From an uncultured Methanolobus sp. (GTDB lineage: Archaea > Halobacteriota > Methanosarcinia > Methanosarcinales > Methanosarcinaceae): a stretch of 64,000 nucleotides of DNA. Below the pieces are notes generated by a model. That model saw only the letters and a program-made list of their open reading frames with translations. It was not told where the DNA came from and made no database searches. Shown here one piece after another: positions 11,883 through 23,669 of the stretch. The DNA lies in NCBI GenBank assembly GCA_963675495.1, contig OY776215.1:96001-160000 (forward strand), in the 5' to 3' direction. A program made the translations under genes and the position numbers. Every line of letters begins with the position of its first letter. Position 1 is the first letter of the stretch.

Positions 11883-12665
11883 TTAATAAGAGCGGTCTCC
11901 GCCCAGAATGGCTCCAAGTGCACCGCCGCCAATTCCGGCCACTCCGGTTGATTCATCTCTTCCACTGCCACCCTGGTATTTTGATGCTGCAACGATTCTG
12001 TCTGCAAGGCGTGAGAACGGGAGGCTCTGAAGATATACTTTTCCAGGACCTGTCAGGTTTGCAAGCACAAGCCCTTCTCCTCCGAAGAGTGCATTCTTGA
12101 ACCCACCTGCCAGTTGTATATCATATTTCACACTTTCAGCAAAGGCAGTTATACAGCCGGTGTCAACCCTGATAGTTTCTCCGGCAGCAAGGTCTTTTTC
12201 AACGATGGTCCCACCTGCATGTACAAACGCAAGCCCATTACCCTTAAGTCTTTGAAGAATAAAACCTTCGCCTCCAAATAGTCCGGCTCCTATCTTTTTG
12301 GTAAGTGCGATCTCAATATCTATACCGTTTGCTGCACAGAGGAATGAATCTTTCTGGCACAGGAAGCTACCTCCTGTTTTACCAAGGTCAAGTGGTATTA
12401 TCTTTCCGGGATACGGGGCTCCGAATGCAACATATCCTTTTCCTGAGCCTTCGTGGATAAAATTTGTAATAAAGAAACTCTCACCGGTCACTGCGCGTTT
12501 AAGACCTTTAAGCAGGCCTCCGCCTGTGGATGTCTCCATTTTGATCCCCGGGCCCATATACATCATTGCGCCTGCTTCTGCTCTTACTGCTTCATTTGTA
12601 TCAAGTTCTATCTCTACAAGTTGCATGTCGTCGCCGATTATGTTATAATCTATTTCATCTGCCAT
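11883..12665 (-). CDS. TIGR00266/AIM24 family protein
   Basis: AEAGAMMYM, GESFF, GGEGF repeats, YLQSLPFSRLA. Confidence 0.9.
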   Translation of the reverse strand: MADEIDYNIIGDDMQLVEIELDTNEAVRAEAGAMMYMGPGIKMETSTGGGLLKGLKRAVTGESFFITNFIHEGSGKGYVAFGAPYPGKIIPLDLGKTGGSFLCQKDSFLCAANGIDIEIALTKKIGAGLFGGEGFILQRLKGNGLAFVHAGGTIVEKDLAAGETIRVDTGCITAFAESVKYDIQLAGGFKNALFGGEGLVLANLTGPGKVYLQSLPFSRLADRIVAASKYQGGSGRDESTGVAGIGGGALGAILGGDRSY

Positions 12666-12819
12666 GAGAAAATCTCCAGTAAATACACTATATCGTTGTG
12701 CAATACATCATTATAGAACTTTTGATAGATCTGGATTGTGAATAATACGGGTTTAGGGTTTGGGCTTTAAAATAATGGACATTTGCGCAACTAAACTTGA
12801 ATAGTTTAATATATCTCCT

Positions 12820-14334
12820 GTGCGTAACCACATGTTGATAAGTGTGTGCCAAAAAAATTTTCCACCTCATTTGAAGTATTATTTACTTGCATTGCAAGTT
12901 AAAAAACATGGTGTAAGGGTTCATGAATCAGCTGAAAAATATAACCTGTCTGAATCAGATATTCTTGATTTTAGTTCAAACACAAACCTTTTGGGTACAC
13001 CGTTCGATTTTCAGGAAAGTAAACTTGACCAGAAGCAAATAGTCTTTACTTCTATTGATAGATCAGAACAGTACCCTGATAACAGGTATCTGGAATTAAG
13101 AACCGCTGCTGCTGGTTTTCTCGGTCATGGCATCAATTTTGAAAATATAGTTCCTGGTAATGGTTCATGTGAACTGCTGCGTCTGCTGATAGGATCCGTT
13201 GTAAATGAAGGCGATATGGTAATAGTTCCATCTCCTTCATCCGGCCAGTATCGCCATATAGCTGAGATATTCGGTGCTCGTGTACATTCATTTACTTCGA
13301 AGGAATTACTGTCCCTTCCAAAGATGACATTGAATAAGGCAAAAATAGTCATTATTGAGAATCCGAACGACCCCACCGGTGAGCTCACATCAAGAGATTC
13401 GCTAGTGCGATTCGCAGAGAAATGTGCTGAACATAACACTTTGCTTATAGTTGATGAGTCATCCATTGAACTTGCTGACCCTGATATGAGTGTTGCTGAC
13501 ATTACGCTGGATAATGATTATCTTTTTGTTATAAGATCAGTATCAAATATTGTTGGCATGCCTGGTATGAGAATGGCATATGGTATTGGTTCGTGTTCTT
13601 TGGCAGGTGTGCTGAATTCTGCCCGGCTGTCATGGAATATCGGTGCGGTAGATGAAGCTATTGGAATTGCATTTTTGAATATGGAAGGTGGCACCAATTG
13701 TAAATACCTGAATGATTCAAGGGCTTTGATCAAAGAAGAAAGAAAATATATAACCAAACGTTTTTTGGGCATATATGGTTTCGATCCTGTTGAAAGTAAT
13801 GCCAATTATGTGCTTGTGGATGTGAAGGATCTTTTTGTGGATTCTGTAAGACTTACAGAGGGACTTGCATCTCATGGGATAGTGATCCGTGAATGCGGTG
13901 ATTATTTTGATGGTTCCAAAAGATATGTCAGGATATCTGTTCGTCCCAGGGAAGAATTCGAGAAGCTTATAAGTACCCTTGATGATGTATTCGCTAAACT
14001 TAGCAGGGAAGATGCCAGGGAAAAGCTTGAGGAAACCATTGAACATGGTGGTGCAACTGCTGCAGGTCGTGGTTCCTGCGAATACTACCCATGTCATTTC
14101 ACAGGTCAGGATTGTACATTCTGTTTCTGTCCTTTTTATCCATGCCAGAACGAGAATACAGGTGGCAAATATATAGAAAGCTCCACAGGCGGACAGGTCT
14201 GGAGCTGTGAAAATTGTACTTTATTGCATAGACCAAAGGTCGCCAAAATGGTGCTTGATGCACTTATGGGTGACGGAGACACTGATGAGAACATAAGGAG
14301 GGCATGGAAGGAAATAATTGAGCCTCTTCTCTGA
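12820..14334 (+). CDS. CobD paralog (class I/II aminotransferase fold plus Cys-rich C-terminal domain) lacking the PLP lysine; start may lie downstream
   Basis: LDFSSN, YPD, GNGS, NPNDPTG; RSVSN where the paralog has RSLTK; CEYYPCH and CTFCFCPFYPC. Confidence 0.85.
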   Translation: MRNHMLISVCQKNFPPHLKYYLLALQVKKHGVRVHESAEKYNLSESDILDFSSNTNLLGTPFDFQESKLDQKQIVFTSIDRSEQYPDNRYLELRTAAAGFLGHGINFENIVPGNGSCELLRLLIGSVVNEGDMVIVPSPSSGQYRHIAEIFGARVHSFTSKELLSLPKMTLNKAKIVIIENPNDPTGELTSRDSLVRFAEKCAEHNTLLIVDESSIELADPDMSVADITLDNDYLFVIRSVSNIVGMPGMRMAYGIGSCSLAGVLNSARLSWNIGAVDEAIGIAFLNMEGGTNCKYLNDSRALIKEERKYITKRFLGIYGFDPVESNANYVLVDVKDLFVDSVRLTEGLASHGIVIRECGDYFDGSKRYVRISVRPREEFEKLISTLDDVFAKLSREDAREKLEETIEHGGATAAGRGSCEYYPCHFTGQDCTFCFCPFYPCQNENTGGKYIESSTGGQVWSCENCTLLHRPKVAKMVLDALMGDGDTDENIRRAWKEIIEPLL

Positions 14335-14387
14335 TATTTTTGAGGTGCAATTAAACAGGTTAATATATTTCCTATTTACTACATGCT

Positions 14388-15890
14388 TTGATTATTGTGA
14401 CAGAACAAAGATCATCTCTCCCGGTAAAGAAATATCTTCTAAGTCTTGAGCCATGTGCGCATGGCGGACTGATCCGAAAAAGTTCCCAGAGATATGGGAT
14501 ACCTGAGTCAGATATATTGGATGCAAGTGCAAGCTTGAATCCTTTTGGAACTCCGTTTGAGCAGGCTGATTCGGAACTTGATCTACAGGATCTTCTTAAT
14601 ACCGGACTTGAAAAATTAGAACAGTATCCTGATAACCGTTATATGGAATACAGAACAGCAGCAGCTGATTTTGTTGGTATGGGCACAACATATGAGAACA
14701 TTATTCCAGGCAATGGATCAACTGAGATCATCCGGCTGGTTGCTGAATGTACAATAAGCGAAGGAGATATTGTACTTATCCCCACGCCCACATTCAGTGA
14801 ATATGAGATGCAATGCAAGGTCATGGGGGCACAGATAAAATACGTTGCTCAGGAAGATATTTTCCATCTTGACGATGAATTGCTTAATGAAGCTAAGATT
14901 CTCTTTGTGTGCAATCCCAATAATCCTACAGGAAAATTACTCTTAAAGGAGCAAATAGAAGGACTTGCAGAGATATGTGCAGCCCATAAGACCATTCTCT
15001 TTGTGGATGAAGCATTCATAGAGCTTTCAGACCCTGAGCAGAGTGTTGCATATCTTCTTGAGGAAAATGATTATCTTTTTATCCAGCGCTCCCTCACAAA
15101 GGCTTTTGCTATTCCTGGTATCAGGATGGGTTTTGGTATAGCTTCAAAGAACTTTGCCGGTGTACTTAACAATGCCAGGCTTTCCTGGAATATGGGATGC
15201 ATCGCAGATACTGTTGCAACTGCACTTTTGAATATGGAAGGGGGAGTAAACAGTAAGTACCTGCTAGAATCCAGGACTTTCATAAGAAAGGAATGTGAAT
15301 TCCTCATGGAAAAACTCTCACGTCGGGGTTTTAAGCCCATTAAAAGCAGTGTGAACTATATTTTCGTGGATATATCCGATCTTGCCATGAGTTCATCCGA
15401 GCTTTCAGAGCGTATGGCTTCCCATGGTGTGTTGATACGTGATTGTAATTCATTCCAGAATATAGGTCCTAATTTCATTCGAATAGCTATACGCAAAAGA
15501 GAAGAAAATGAACGTATCGCATCTACCATTCGTCAGGTAATATATGAATGGGGTCGGGAACAGGCAAAAATACAACTGGAAGAAAATATCAAAGCGGCAT
15601 CAGAATGTGGACGTAGGGGTAGCAATACAGAATGTGATTATTATCCCTGTCATTTTGAAGGACAGGACTGCACATTCTGCTTCTGTCCATTCTATCCGTG
15701 TGAGGACAATCTTACTGGAGGCAACTGGGTTGAGAGTTCCAGTGGTGGACAGGTATGGAGCTGCCTTAAATGTACTATAGTTCATCAGGAAAAGATTGTT
15801 GATGAACTGTTATCTGTGTTTACAGTAGATGGACTCAATAATGAAAGTATTGAGAAGGCCTGGAAGGAAGTAATGGAGAATAACTTATGA
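14388..15890 (+). CDS. cobD: Threonine-phosphate decarboxylase CobD with Cys-rich C-terminal domain
   Basis: HGG, GNGSTE, CNPNNPTG, DEAF, RSLTK-x5-GIRMG; in cob cluster. Confidence 0.9.
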   Translation: MIIVTEQRSSLPVKKYLLSLEPCAHGGLIRKSSQRYGIPESDILDASASLNPFGTPFEQADSELDLQDLLNTGLEKLEQYPDNRYMEYRTAAADFVGMGTTYENIIPGNGSTEIIRLVAECTISEGDIVLIPTPTFSEYEMQCKVMGAQIKYVAQEDIFHLDDELLNEAKILFVCNPNNPTGKLLLKEQIEGLAEICAAHKTILFVDEAFIELSDPEQSVAYLLEENDYLFIQRSLTKAFAIPGIRMGFGIASKNFAGVLNNARLSWNMGCIADTVATALLNMEGGVNSKYLLESRTFIRKECEFLMEKLSRRGFKPIKSSVNYIFVDISDLAMSSSELSERMASHGVLIRDCNSFQNIGPNFIRIAIRKREENERIASTIRQVIYEWGREQAKIQLEENIKAASECGRRGSNTECDYYPCHFEGQDCTFCFCPFYPCEDNLTGGNWVESSSGGQVWSCLKCTIVHQEKIVDELLSVFTVDGLNNESIEKAWKEVMENNL

Positions 15891-16861
15891 TGCTGCCGGT
15901 ACAGGCTGACGCAAGTGAACTTGCTATAGTGCTTCTGTTAGCCTATGCCCTGGATCTGGTATTTTGCGAACCACCTGCTGCAATTCATCCAGTTGTCTGG
16001 ATGGGAAAATTGATAGCTATTTTCAAGAAAAATGTTCCAAAGACCCACAGAAAGCTCTATGGGATATTTATGGGTCTTAGCACTATACTGTTTGGCAGCT
16101 TTATAGCTTATCTTGTATTGCTCTTTATGGGAGTTGAAAATATTCCTGCTCCATTGCGTTATATCGTTGCTGCTTATTTTCTCAAGGCAACATTTGCTGT
16201 ACGCTGTCTCTATGGTGCTGCAGATGAGGTTCGAAAAGAGCTGGATGCAGGAGAGCTTGATGGTGCAAGGCAAAAACTGTCTATGTATGTAAGCAGGGAT
16301 ACATCAAAACTGGATGAAAGCCATGTATCTTCTGCTATTATTGAAACAACATCAGAGAACTATGTGGATGGCATTCTTTCTCCGCTTTTGTTCTATGCAT
16401 GTTTTGGTCCTTTCGGGCTGATCGCAGCATATGTTTTTAAAGCGACAAGCACCCTTGATTCTATGGTAGGGTACATGGATGAACGTCACCGGGACATGGG
16501 CTGGTTCTCTGCAAAGCTGGATGATGTACTCAACTGGGTGCCTGCCCGTTTGTCCGTTCTCTTTATTTGCGCAGCGACTCTAATAATCAGATTGGTCTAT
16601 CGCGGGACCAAAGTACCGGATTACAAAACTGCATTAAAAAGCGGACTTGCGGATGGTTTGAAAACACCATCTCCAAACTCGGGTTTTCCCATGGCATCAG
16701 TTGCCGGTGCGCTCAGGATAAAGCTTGAAAAACCTAATACATATGTATTGGGTGAAGGCTTCGTTTATCCTATGTCTGAAGATATCAAGCTGACATCGTG
16801 GATTACTCTTGTAGCATCATTATTTGCAATTATTGTATCTTTACTTATAATTTTGACATGA
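15887..16861 (+). CDS. cbiB: Adenosylcobinamide-phosphate synthase CbiB
   Basis: HPVVWMG, VSRDT, SENYVDG, TLDSMVGY, DDVLNWVPARL, SPNSG. Confidence 0.95.
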   Translation: MMLPVQADASELAIVLLLAYALDLVFCEPPAAIHPVVWMGKLIAIFKKNVPKTHRKLYGIFMGLSTILFGSFIAYLVLLFMGVENIPAPLRYIVAAYFLKATFAVRCLYGAADEVRKELDAGELDGARQKLSMYVSRDTSKLDESHVSSAIIETTSENYVDGILSPLLFYACFGPFGLIAAYVFKATSTLDSMVGYMDERHRDMGWFSAKLDDVLNWVPARLSVLFICAATLIIRLVYRGTKVPDYKTALKSGLADGLKTPSPNSGFPMASVAGALRIKLEKPNTYVLGEGFVYPMSEDIKLTSWITLVASLFAIIVSLLIILT

Positions 16862-16900
16862 TATTGACAGATTAAATTTAGTTAAATAAATCTCTCCAAA

Positions 16901-17512
16901 GTGATCGCAATGAAATTATCGGATATAGAATCAGAAGACCGGAAAAAAGACCAGTCTAAAGAGCTGGAAGGTGATGTCACCAGGGATATCATTGATATTC
17001 TTGAAGAGGAAGGAATAACAGTTCAGATGCTTGTTGACACTGCATTGGAGTTATATGTTCCACACCCGGGTATCGAAACAAGGGAGCTTGCAGAGGAAAA
17101 ATTCCTGTACGAACTTAATATTGCCCTATTTGATGCAAATCTCTGTATGCTTGTCTATTCCGGGATATTACTTGAAAAAGAAGGTCGTGCAGGCAGATTG
17201 CCTAATATCAGTAAAAGTTCATATGAAAAGGATCTGACCTTCATAATTGCAGATGAAGTTCTTGGCATGAGCATCTCCAAATATATCAGTGGTGACAAAG
17301 GAATGTTCGAATTCGTACGCTTTGACAAGCAAAAACCCGGAATTCTCTCAAAGCTTGGGCCTTTCATGGATGATATAATCGGTGGGCTTATCGGTGGTGT
17401 GTCTGCTAGTATGTATACAAGGGCTATGGCAGAATCGGCAATTTCATCCGATAAAACTAAGAAAGAAGATAAAAAAGACCTGAAAAACAAAAGTGATGTG
17501 ATAGCAGGATGA
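16901..17512 (+). CDS. cobZ: Alpha-ribazole-5'-phosphate phosphatase CobZ
   Basis: IADEVLG, FEFVRFDKQKPGIL, LGPFMDD; lies between cbiB and cobS. Confidence 0.88.
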   Translation: MIAMKLSDIESEDRKKDQSKELEGDVTRDIIDILEEEGITVQMLVDTALELYVPHPGIETRELAEEKFLYELNIALFDANLCMLVYSGILLEKEGRAGRLPNISKSSYEKDLTFIIADEVLGMSISKYISGDKGMFEFVRFDKQKPGILSKLGPFMDDIIGGLIGGVSASMYTRAMAESAISSDKTKKEDKKDLKNKSDVIAG

Positions 17513-18330
17513 CCGGGTTCTTGTTAGCTCTTCGCTCCAGCTTCGGATTTTTGTCAACCATCCCCGTGGGAATTACCATGGAGGGTCTTGATGAGTTCTT
17601 CAAAAGGACCTACCTGCATCTGGTCGTAGGTATTGTACTTGGTCTATTGATGGGTGTGGTAGCCTATATTCTCATAAGCTTCCTGCCAATTTCCATAAGT
17701 GCAGTACTTATCATTGCTTTTGTTTACTATATTACCGGTCTGAATCATCTGGATGGGATAGCTGATCTTGGTGATGGTCTGACAGCCCATGGCTCAGTGG
17801 AAAAGAAATTAAAAGCCCTGAAGGATATGTCCCTGGGGATAGGAGGGGTAGCATATGCAGCTCTTATTATCATTGCATTCTACGCGACCCTTACATCACT
17901 TTATGGTGAATCCATTGTTCTGTATTCAACTACCGCAGATGTAGCACGTATATTCTTCTTTGCGATGTTCGTATCTGAGGTAAGTGCAATGCAGTCTATG
18001 CTGACAATTGCTGCATTTGGCAAACCTATCCATGAAGGACTGGGTTCTATACTCGTGAACAAAACCACAGTACCTAAATATCTTATAGGTTTTGTAATTG
18101 GTAGTATTGCCTGTCTTGGATCATCTTTTTATCTTGGCCTTGGAATTACCGGTATCATTCCATTTATAGCAGCGATTGCAGCAACACTGATATTACTTAA
18201 CGTAAGTAACAGGCATTTTGGTGGTGTCAATGGTGATGTCATTGGTGCTTCCAATGAGATTGGCCGAATAGTAGCATTGATGACCATCACATTGGTATTA
18301 ATGTATGGAGGTATTATTTGGACGCTATAA
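17509..18330 (+). CDS. cobS: Adenosylcobinamide-GDP ribazoletransferase
   Basis: FLSTIP, TGLNHLDGIADLGDG, LKD, FGGVNGDVIGA. Confidence 0.95.
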   Translation: MTGFLLALRSSFGFLSTIPVGITMEGLDEFFKRTYLHLVVGIVLGLLMGVVAYILISFLPISISAVLIIAFVYYITGLNHLDGIADLGDGLTAHGSVEKKLKALKDMSLGIGGVAYAALIIIAFYATLTSLYGESIVLYSTTADVARIFFFAMFVSEVSAMQSMLTIAAFGKPIHEGLGSILVNKTTVPKYLIGFVIGSIACLGSSFYLGLGITGIIPFIAAIAATLILLNVSNRHFGGVNGDVIGASNEIGRIVALMTITLVLMYGGIIWTL

Positions 18331-18953
18331 TAATGGCAGGAGGATTTGGAAGCAGGCTTGATATGGGTGAAAAACCCTGTGTTGACCTACTGGGAAAACC
18401 TCTCATAACCTATGTGATCGATACTCTGCTAAGAACCGAGAGCATTGGTGACATATATGTTGCTGTTTCCCCTGCAACCCCCAGGACCGCATCTTTTATC
18501 CAGGAAAAATATGATGACAAGGTAATGGTTATCCCCACAGGCGGGGGTAACTATGTGGGTGATATGGTGTATGCGGTAAAGGTTGCTTGTATCACGGAGC
18601 CACTTCTTATTCTTATGGCAGACCTGCCTCTTTTGACACCAGAACTTCTTGAAAAGGTAATAGAAGAGTATAAGGTATGTGGAAAACCGGCAATGTCTAT
18701 TTTTTCCCCTATATGTGTTTGTAAAAGTCTCGGTATCCGTCCTGATACGGTTTTTAACTGGGAGGGGAAAGGGGAACTGATAGTTCCTTCGGGAATCAAT
18801 ATAATGGATGGCAATGATGTGGATCATGAACAGGATTATGTAAGTCTTGTACTGGATGACATTGAACTGGCACTCAATATCAATACAGTTGAGGACTTGC
18901 AAAGGTGCAAAGATATACTTCTTGAGAGAAAAGCAGAATCTCTTAGCAACTAG
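18318..18953 (+). CDS. cobY: GTP:adenosylcobinamide-phosphate guanylyltransferase
   Basis: MAGGFGSRL, EKP, ADLP, NINTVEDL; last gene of cob cluster. Confidence 0.88.
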   Translation: MDAIIMAGGFGSRLDMGEKPCVDLLGKPLITYVIDTLLRTESIGDIYVAVSPATPRTASFIQEKYDDKVMVIPTGGGNYVGDMVYAVKVACITEPLLILMADLPLLTPELLEKVIEEYKVCGKPAMSIFSPICVCKSLGIRPDTVFNWEGKGELIVPSGINIMDGNDVDHEQDYVSLVLDDIELALNINTVEDLQRCKDILLERKAESLSN

Positions 18954-19069
18954 TTTTATCAATATAAGTTGGACAAAATTGCTTGTGAAGGGGTTGGAGT
19001 TTTATGAGGTACCTCTCAATCCAACAAAAGGGTGCCTGTTAACTTTATTATGTAAATGGTCCTTTTTCT

Positions 19070-19258
19070 TTTTCTGTAGAAATCCTTATTTTGACAAAAA
19101 ATAACCTTGAAATACTCATAAGTTTTCCCCTCACCTCTTTTTTTTAACATGAGTCCCTATAATGGTTTTTCTAATCTTCATTTCATATGATGTAAAATTA
19201 CACCTAGAAAACCCATTAGTTTCTTTCTTACCTGAATACCGAGGAGTTCTAAAGAGCC
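19070..19258 (+). mobile_element. MITE-like repeat copy A (core partly deleted)
   Basis: TCTGTAGAAATCC left end, TTCTAAAGAGCC right end; body aligns by eye with the 46176 copy. Confidence 0.7.
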
Positions 19259-19386
19259 ATTTTTTTAATTAATTCATTATATTTTTTATTTTTAGTTTTA
19301 CACATGGCACAAACCAAAGAATTTAAATTATGTGTCGCAATAAAATCTAATATTGTTTAGGTTGTTATATGTAAGAGGATAGGTCT

Positions 19387-20241
19387 ATGAACAAAAGATT
19401 ATACATGACAATTATTATGAGTCTCATTCTTATGGTTGCGATTATTGGCAGTGGATGTGCTGATTCCCAGGATGCCGATGTTGATGACGAATATGTGGAA
19501 TCTACAGAAGTTGATTCTGTCCCAGAGGAACCAGAGGTCGATGATTCTACTTTTACCAATTCTATTGGTATGCAATTTGTGAAAATCTCAGAAGGTTCCT
19601 TCCTTATGGGGGCACAGGAGGAAGAACTGTACAGTGACAAAGATGAAAGACCTGTACGTGAAGTAACTATTGGCGATGATTTCTATATAGGTATATATGA
19701 AGTAACTCAGGAGCAATGGGAAAAAGTAATGGAGTCCGAGCCATCTTACTTTGAAGGTGCTGATCTGCCTGTTGAGAAAGTTTCCTGGGTTGATGCTAAT
19801 AAATTTATTGATAAGCTCAATAAAATGGAAGACACTGACGCATATCGTCTGCCCACCGAAGCTGAATGGGAATATGCAGCTAAGGCAGGTACAAGTACAG
19901 CTTTCTCATTTGGTGACGATGAATCTATGCTGGAAGCTTATGGTTGGTATGATGATAATTCAGAAGACAAAACACGTCCTGTTGGCATGAAAGAAGCAAA
20001 TCCCTGGGGTCTTTACGATGTTCATGGCAATGTCGCTGAATGGGTGGCTGATGAATACCACAGCAACTACCAGAAAGCACCAACCGATGGAAGTGAATGG
20101 ACTGGTGGAGTTGATAGAAGAGTTATTCGTGGTGGGAGCTGGGAAAATGCAGAATCAAACTGCCGTTCATCTGACAGGGATAGTATCGGTGATGGAAGCC
20201 ACAAGAATTACATTGGTTTCCGCCTTGTGAAAGAGCTTTGA
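19387..20241 (+). CDS. Formylglycine-generating enzyme (FGE-sulfatase) family lipoprotein
   Basis: Lipobox GSGC; FLMG, YEVTQ, RLPTEAEWEYAA, NPWGLYDVHGNVAEW, RGGSW, GFRL. Confidence 0.92.
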   Translation: MNKRLYMTIIMSLILMVAIIGSGCADSQDADVDDEYVESTEVDSVPEEPEVDDSTFTNSIGMQFVKISEGSFLMGAQEEELYSDKDERPVREVTIGDDFYIGIYEVTQEQWEKVMESEPSYFEGADLPVEKVSWVDANKFIDKLNKMEDTDAYRLPTEAEWEYAAKAGTSTAFSFGDDESMLEAYGWYDDNSEDKTRPVGMKEANPWGLYDVHGNVAEWVADEYHSNYQKAPTDGSEWTGGVDRRVIRGGSWENAESNCRSSDRDSIGDGSHKNYIGFRLVKEL

Positions 20242-20486
20242 TATCCATTGTGGATATCTGGCTTCTATTTTTTTTTATCTTATTTGCTCTCATTTTTTCA
20301 GGATAATCATTCAATTCGAAACTTTTAAGTATCATTCATGATGCCCTTAGTTGAAAAGGAATTCAGTTAGATGAAGAAAAATGGTTTATCATGATGCAAT
20401 ATATTTAAATTGAATATTGCAGTAGGAATATCACAATTACTCTTACACTTATATTTACAATTAACTTCCAGCATGGAGAATCCCAT

Positions 20487-23400
20487 ATGATAGAGGAGAT
20501 TACCAATCAATACGACCCACAGAAAATAGAGAAGAAGGTACATGATTTCTGGACAGAGGTCGATGCCTATTCCAAGGTACGTGAGCACAGAAAGGGTGGA
20601 AAAAAGTTCTTTTTCGTGGACGGTCCACCATACACCACCGGACATATACATCTGGGGACTGCCTGGAATAAGATAATCAAGGATTCCATTTTAAGGTACC
20701 GTTCTATGAATGGTCATGATATCATTGACCGTGCAGGCTGGGATATGCATGGACTTCCAATAGAGGTTAAAGTTGAAGGAGCTCTTGGTTTTACCTCCAA
20801 GAAAGATATTGAGACCTATGGTGTCGGCAATTTTATCGAGAAATGTAAGGAATTCGCTCTTACTCAGAAGGATGATATGACAGGTCAGTTCCAGATGCTT
20901 GGTGCATGGCTTAACTGGGAAGATCCTTATATGACACTCAAAGATGAGTACATCGAGGCTGCCTGGTGGACCCTCAAGCAGGCTCAGGATAAAAATTTGC
21001 TGGAGCTTGGAAAACGTGTGGTCAACTGGTGTCCGCGCTGCGAAACAGCAATTGCGGATTCTGAAGTCGAGTACGAGGAACGCAAAGACCCTTCCATATT
21101 CGTCAAATTCAAGATAAATGGTGAAGAGAATACTTTTGTTGTTATATGGACCACAACCCCATGGACGATTCCTTCAAATGTTGCAGTGGCAGTACATCCG
21201 TCATTTGAGTATTCAAAAGTAAAAGCTGTGGCTTCAGATGGCAAAGAGGAAGTACTTATTGTAGCCTCCGAACTTATGGAAGCTCTGCTCAGGAAAGGAA
21301 GATATGTTGATTATGAAGTGCTCGGTACAATGCTTGGCGAGGACCTCACCTCACTTACCTACGAAAGTCCGCTGTCTGACATGGTGCCAAAACAGGCATC
21401 TATGGAACATGGCATCTATCTTGCTGATTTTGTGACCGCTGAGAATACTGGTTGTGTACACATTGCCCCGGGGCATGGTATGGACGACTTTGAGGTCGGT
21501 AAGAAGAATGGTCTTCCTATCTTCTGTCCAGTGGGTCCTGATGGACGCTACACTGAGGAAGCCGGGGAATATGCAGGTATGCATATACGTGAGGCAAACA
21601 AGGTTATAATCGAGGATCTTAACGAGCGTGGAAACCTTCTTTCAGAAGGGACTATCGAGCATAGGTACGGACATTGCTGGCGCTGTAAGACTCCTATTAT
21701 CTATCTTGCTACTAAACAGTGGTTCATTAAAATAGGTGACCTTAAGGAAGAGATGCTTTCAGAGATCGCTAAAGTAAGCTGGTATCCTGACTGGGCAGGT
21801 TCTGCAAGGTTCAAGGACTGGGTAGAGGGAGCACGTGACTGGTGTATATCACGCCAGAGATACTGGGGTATACCCATACCTGTCTGGATGTGTAATAGCT
21901 GTGACAGGTTGCATGTCATGGGTACAAAAGAAGAACTTCAGGAAATGTCAGGCCTTAATGAAGATATTGAACTTCATAGGCCATACGTAGATGAGGTTTT
22001 GCTGGACTGCGAATGCGGCGGTAAGATGAAACGTGTGGAAGATGTCTTTGATGTCTGGTTCGATTCAGCAGTAGCTTCATGGGCAACCCTGCGCTTCCCG
22101 CAGCAAAAGGAAGAATTTGATAAATGGTGGCCTGCAGACTTCATTACAGAAGGACAGGACCAGACTCGTGGATGGTTCTATTCACAGCTTGGTGCCAGTA
22201 TGGTGGCTTTCGGTAAGGCTCCTTACAAGAGTGTGCTTATGCATGGTTTTACTCTTGATGACAAAGGCAGGAAGATGTCAAAGAGTCTTGGCAATGTCAT
22301 TGCACCAGGTGAAGTCATAGAGAAGTTCGGTGCGGACACGCTGCGTAGTTTCGTGCTCTCTTCAAGTGCACCATGGGATGACCTGAAATTCGTTCAGGAT
22401 GAACTTGGGAATATCAACAGGACACTAAACATCCTCTGGAATGTGTATCGTTTCCCGTTGCCTTACATGGTGCTTGACAAGTTCGATCCTTCAAAGGTAT
22501 CACTTGAATCTGTCAGACCGCACCTTCGTAAAGAAGACAGGTGGATGCTTTCAAGGGCACAGTCACTCATTGCTGATGTTGATGATTCCATGGCCAAGTG
22601 TACACTGCACAGGGCACTGAGGTCTGTAAATGAGTTCGTTCTTGAGGATCTTTCCAGATGGTATATTCAGCTCATCAGGCCAAGAACATGGGTAGAGGCT
22701 GACGATCCGGACAAACTTGCAGTCTATCGTGTACTGTATGATGTATTCGTCCTGACCGCAAAGGTGATTGCACCATTCATGCCACACCTGGCTGAAGAGA
22801 TGTACCAGAATCTTGTGAAGAATGTTTATCCTGATGCTCCGGTATCAATTCACATGACAGACTGGCCGCTTATCGATGAGAGCCTCGTGGACAAGGATCT
22901 TGAAGCTCACATGAAAATGGCTCGTTCAATTGTGGAATCTGCATCAAATGCCCGTCAGAAAGTAGGCAGGAAGCTTAGATGGCCTGTAACACGCATAGTG
23001 CTCACTCCTGAGAACCAGCAGGCAGCTGATGCTGTGATGGATCTCAAGTCTGTGCTCATGGATCAGACCAACTCCAAGGACATTGTGCTAACAGGCATAG
23101 GTGAGTCATGGGATGAACTTGGATTTGAGGTAAATCCAGAACATGGTGCAATTGGTCCTGCATTTAAAGGCGATGCCGGCAAGGTAATTGGAGCTATAAA
23201 GCAGGCTGATGTTACAGAGTTGAAGACTGCACTGGCCCTTGAAGGGCAGTTCGAACTTGAGATGCCTGGCGGAAAAGTCACAATTAAGCCTGAAATGGTG
23301 AACTTCACCGAAACATTGCCTGAAATGGTTGCGAGTGCTCAGTCAAGTGCAGGTATCATTTATGTGGATGCAAACCTCACCCGTGAGATCGAATCTGAAG

Positions 23401-23663
23401 GGTTCACGAGGGAAGTTATCCGCAGGGTACAGGACATGCGAAAAGAACTCGATCTTGCAGTTGATGATAACATCAGGTCACACATACAGATCAATGACGA
23501 AAGAGTCCTGGATCTTGTGCTTGATCGTGAACAGTTCATCGCAAAAGAGACCCGTTCAAATGTTCAGGTGATAGGTCTTGATGTCGACACTTCTGGTTCC
23601 CTTGAGAAAGATTGGAATGTCGAAGGCATATCCATGAAGATCGGTATATCAAAGGTTAACTGA
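20487..23663 (+). CDS. ileS: Isoleucine--tRNA ligase
   Basis: [42 protein letters not shown]. Confidence 0.98.
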   Translation: MIEEITNQYDPQKIEKKVHDFWTEVDAYSKVREHRKGGKKFFFVDGPPYTTGHIHLGTAWNKIIKDSILRYRSMNGHDIIDRAGWDMHGLPIEVKVEGALGFTSKKDIETYGVGNFIEKCKEFALTQKDDMTGQFQMLGAWLNWEDPYMTLKDEYIEAAWWTLKQAQDKNLLELGKRVVNWCPRCETAIADSEVEYEERKDPSIFVKFKINGEENTFVVIWTTTPWTIPSNVAVAVHPSFEYSKVKAVASDGKEEVLIVASELMEALLRKGRYVDYEVLGTMLGEDLTSLTYESPLSDMVPKQASMEHGIYLADFVTAENTGCVHIAPGHGMDDFEVGKKNGLPIFCPVGPDGRYTEEAGEYAGMHIREANKVIIEDLNERGNLLSEGTIEHRYGHCWRCKTPIIYLATKQWFIKIGDLKEEMLSEIAKVSWYPDWAGSARFKDWVEGARDWCISRQRYWGIPIPVWMCNSCDRLHVMGTKEELQEMSGLNEDIELHRPYVDEVLLDCECGGKMKRVEDVFDVWFDSAVASWATLRFPQQKEEFDKWWPADFITEGQDQTRGWFYSQLGASMVAFGKAPYKSVLMHGFTLDDKGRKMSKSLGNVIAPGEVIEKFGADTLRSFVLSSSAPWDDLKFVQDELGNINRTLNILWNVYRFPLPYMVLDKFDPSKVSLESVRPHLRKEDRWMLSRAQSLIADVDDSMAKCTLHRALRSVNEFVLEDLSRWYIQLIRPRTWVEADDPDKLAVYRVLYDVFVLTAKVIAPFMPHLAEEMYQNLVKNVYPDAPVSIHMTDWPLIDESLVDKDLEAHMKMARSIVESASNARQKVGRKLRWPVTRIVLTPENQQAADAVMDLKSVLMDQTNSKDIVLTGIGESWDELGFEVNPEHGAIGPAFKGDAGKVIGAIKQADVTELKTALALEGQFELEMPGGKVTIKPEMVNFTETLPEMVASAQSSAGIIYVDANLTREIESEGFTREVIRRVQDMRKELDLAVDDNIRSHIQINDERVLDLVLDREQFIAKETRSNVQVIGLDVDTSGSLEKDWNVEGISMKIGISKVN

Positions 23664-23669
23664 GGATAT

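Noticed and set aside
12666-12870. Cobalamin riboswitch upstream of the cob cluster
   Set aside because: Short AT-rich divergent promoter region with no B12-box-like motif
20242-20486. Ile-rich leader peptide or T-box upstream of ileS
   Set aside because: No Ile-rich uORF, T-box sequence or hairpin/U-tract arrangement was seen
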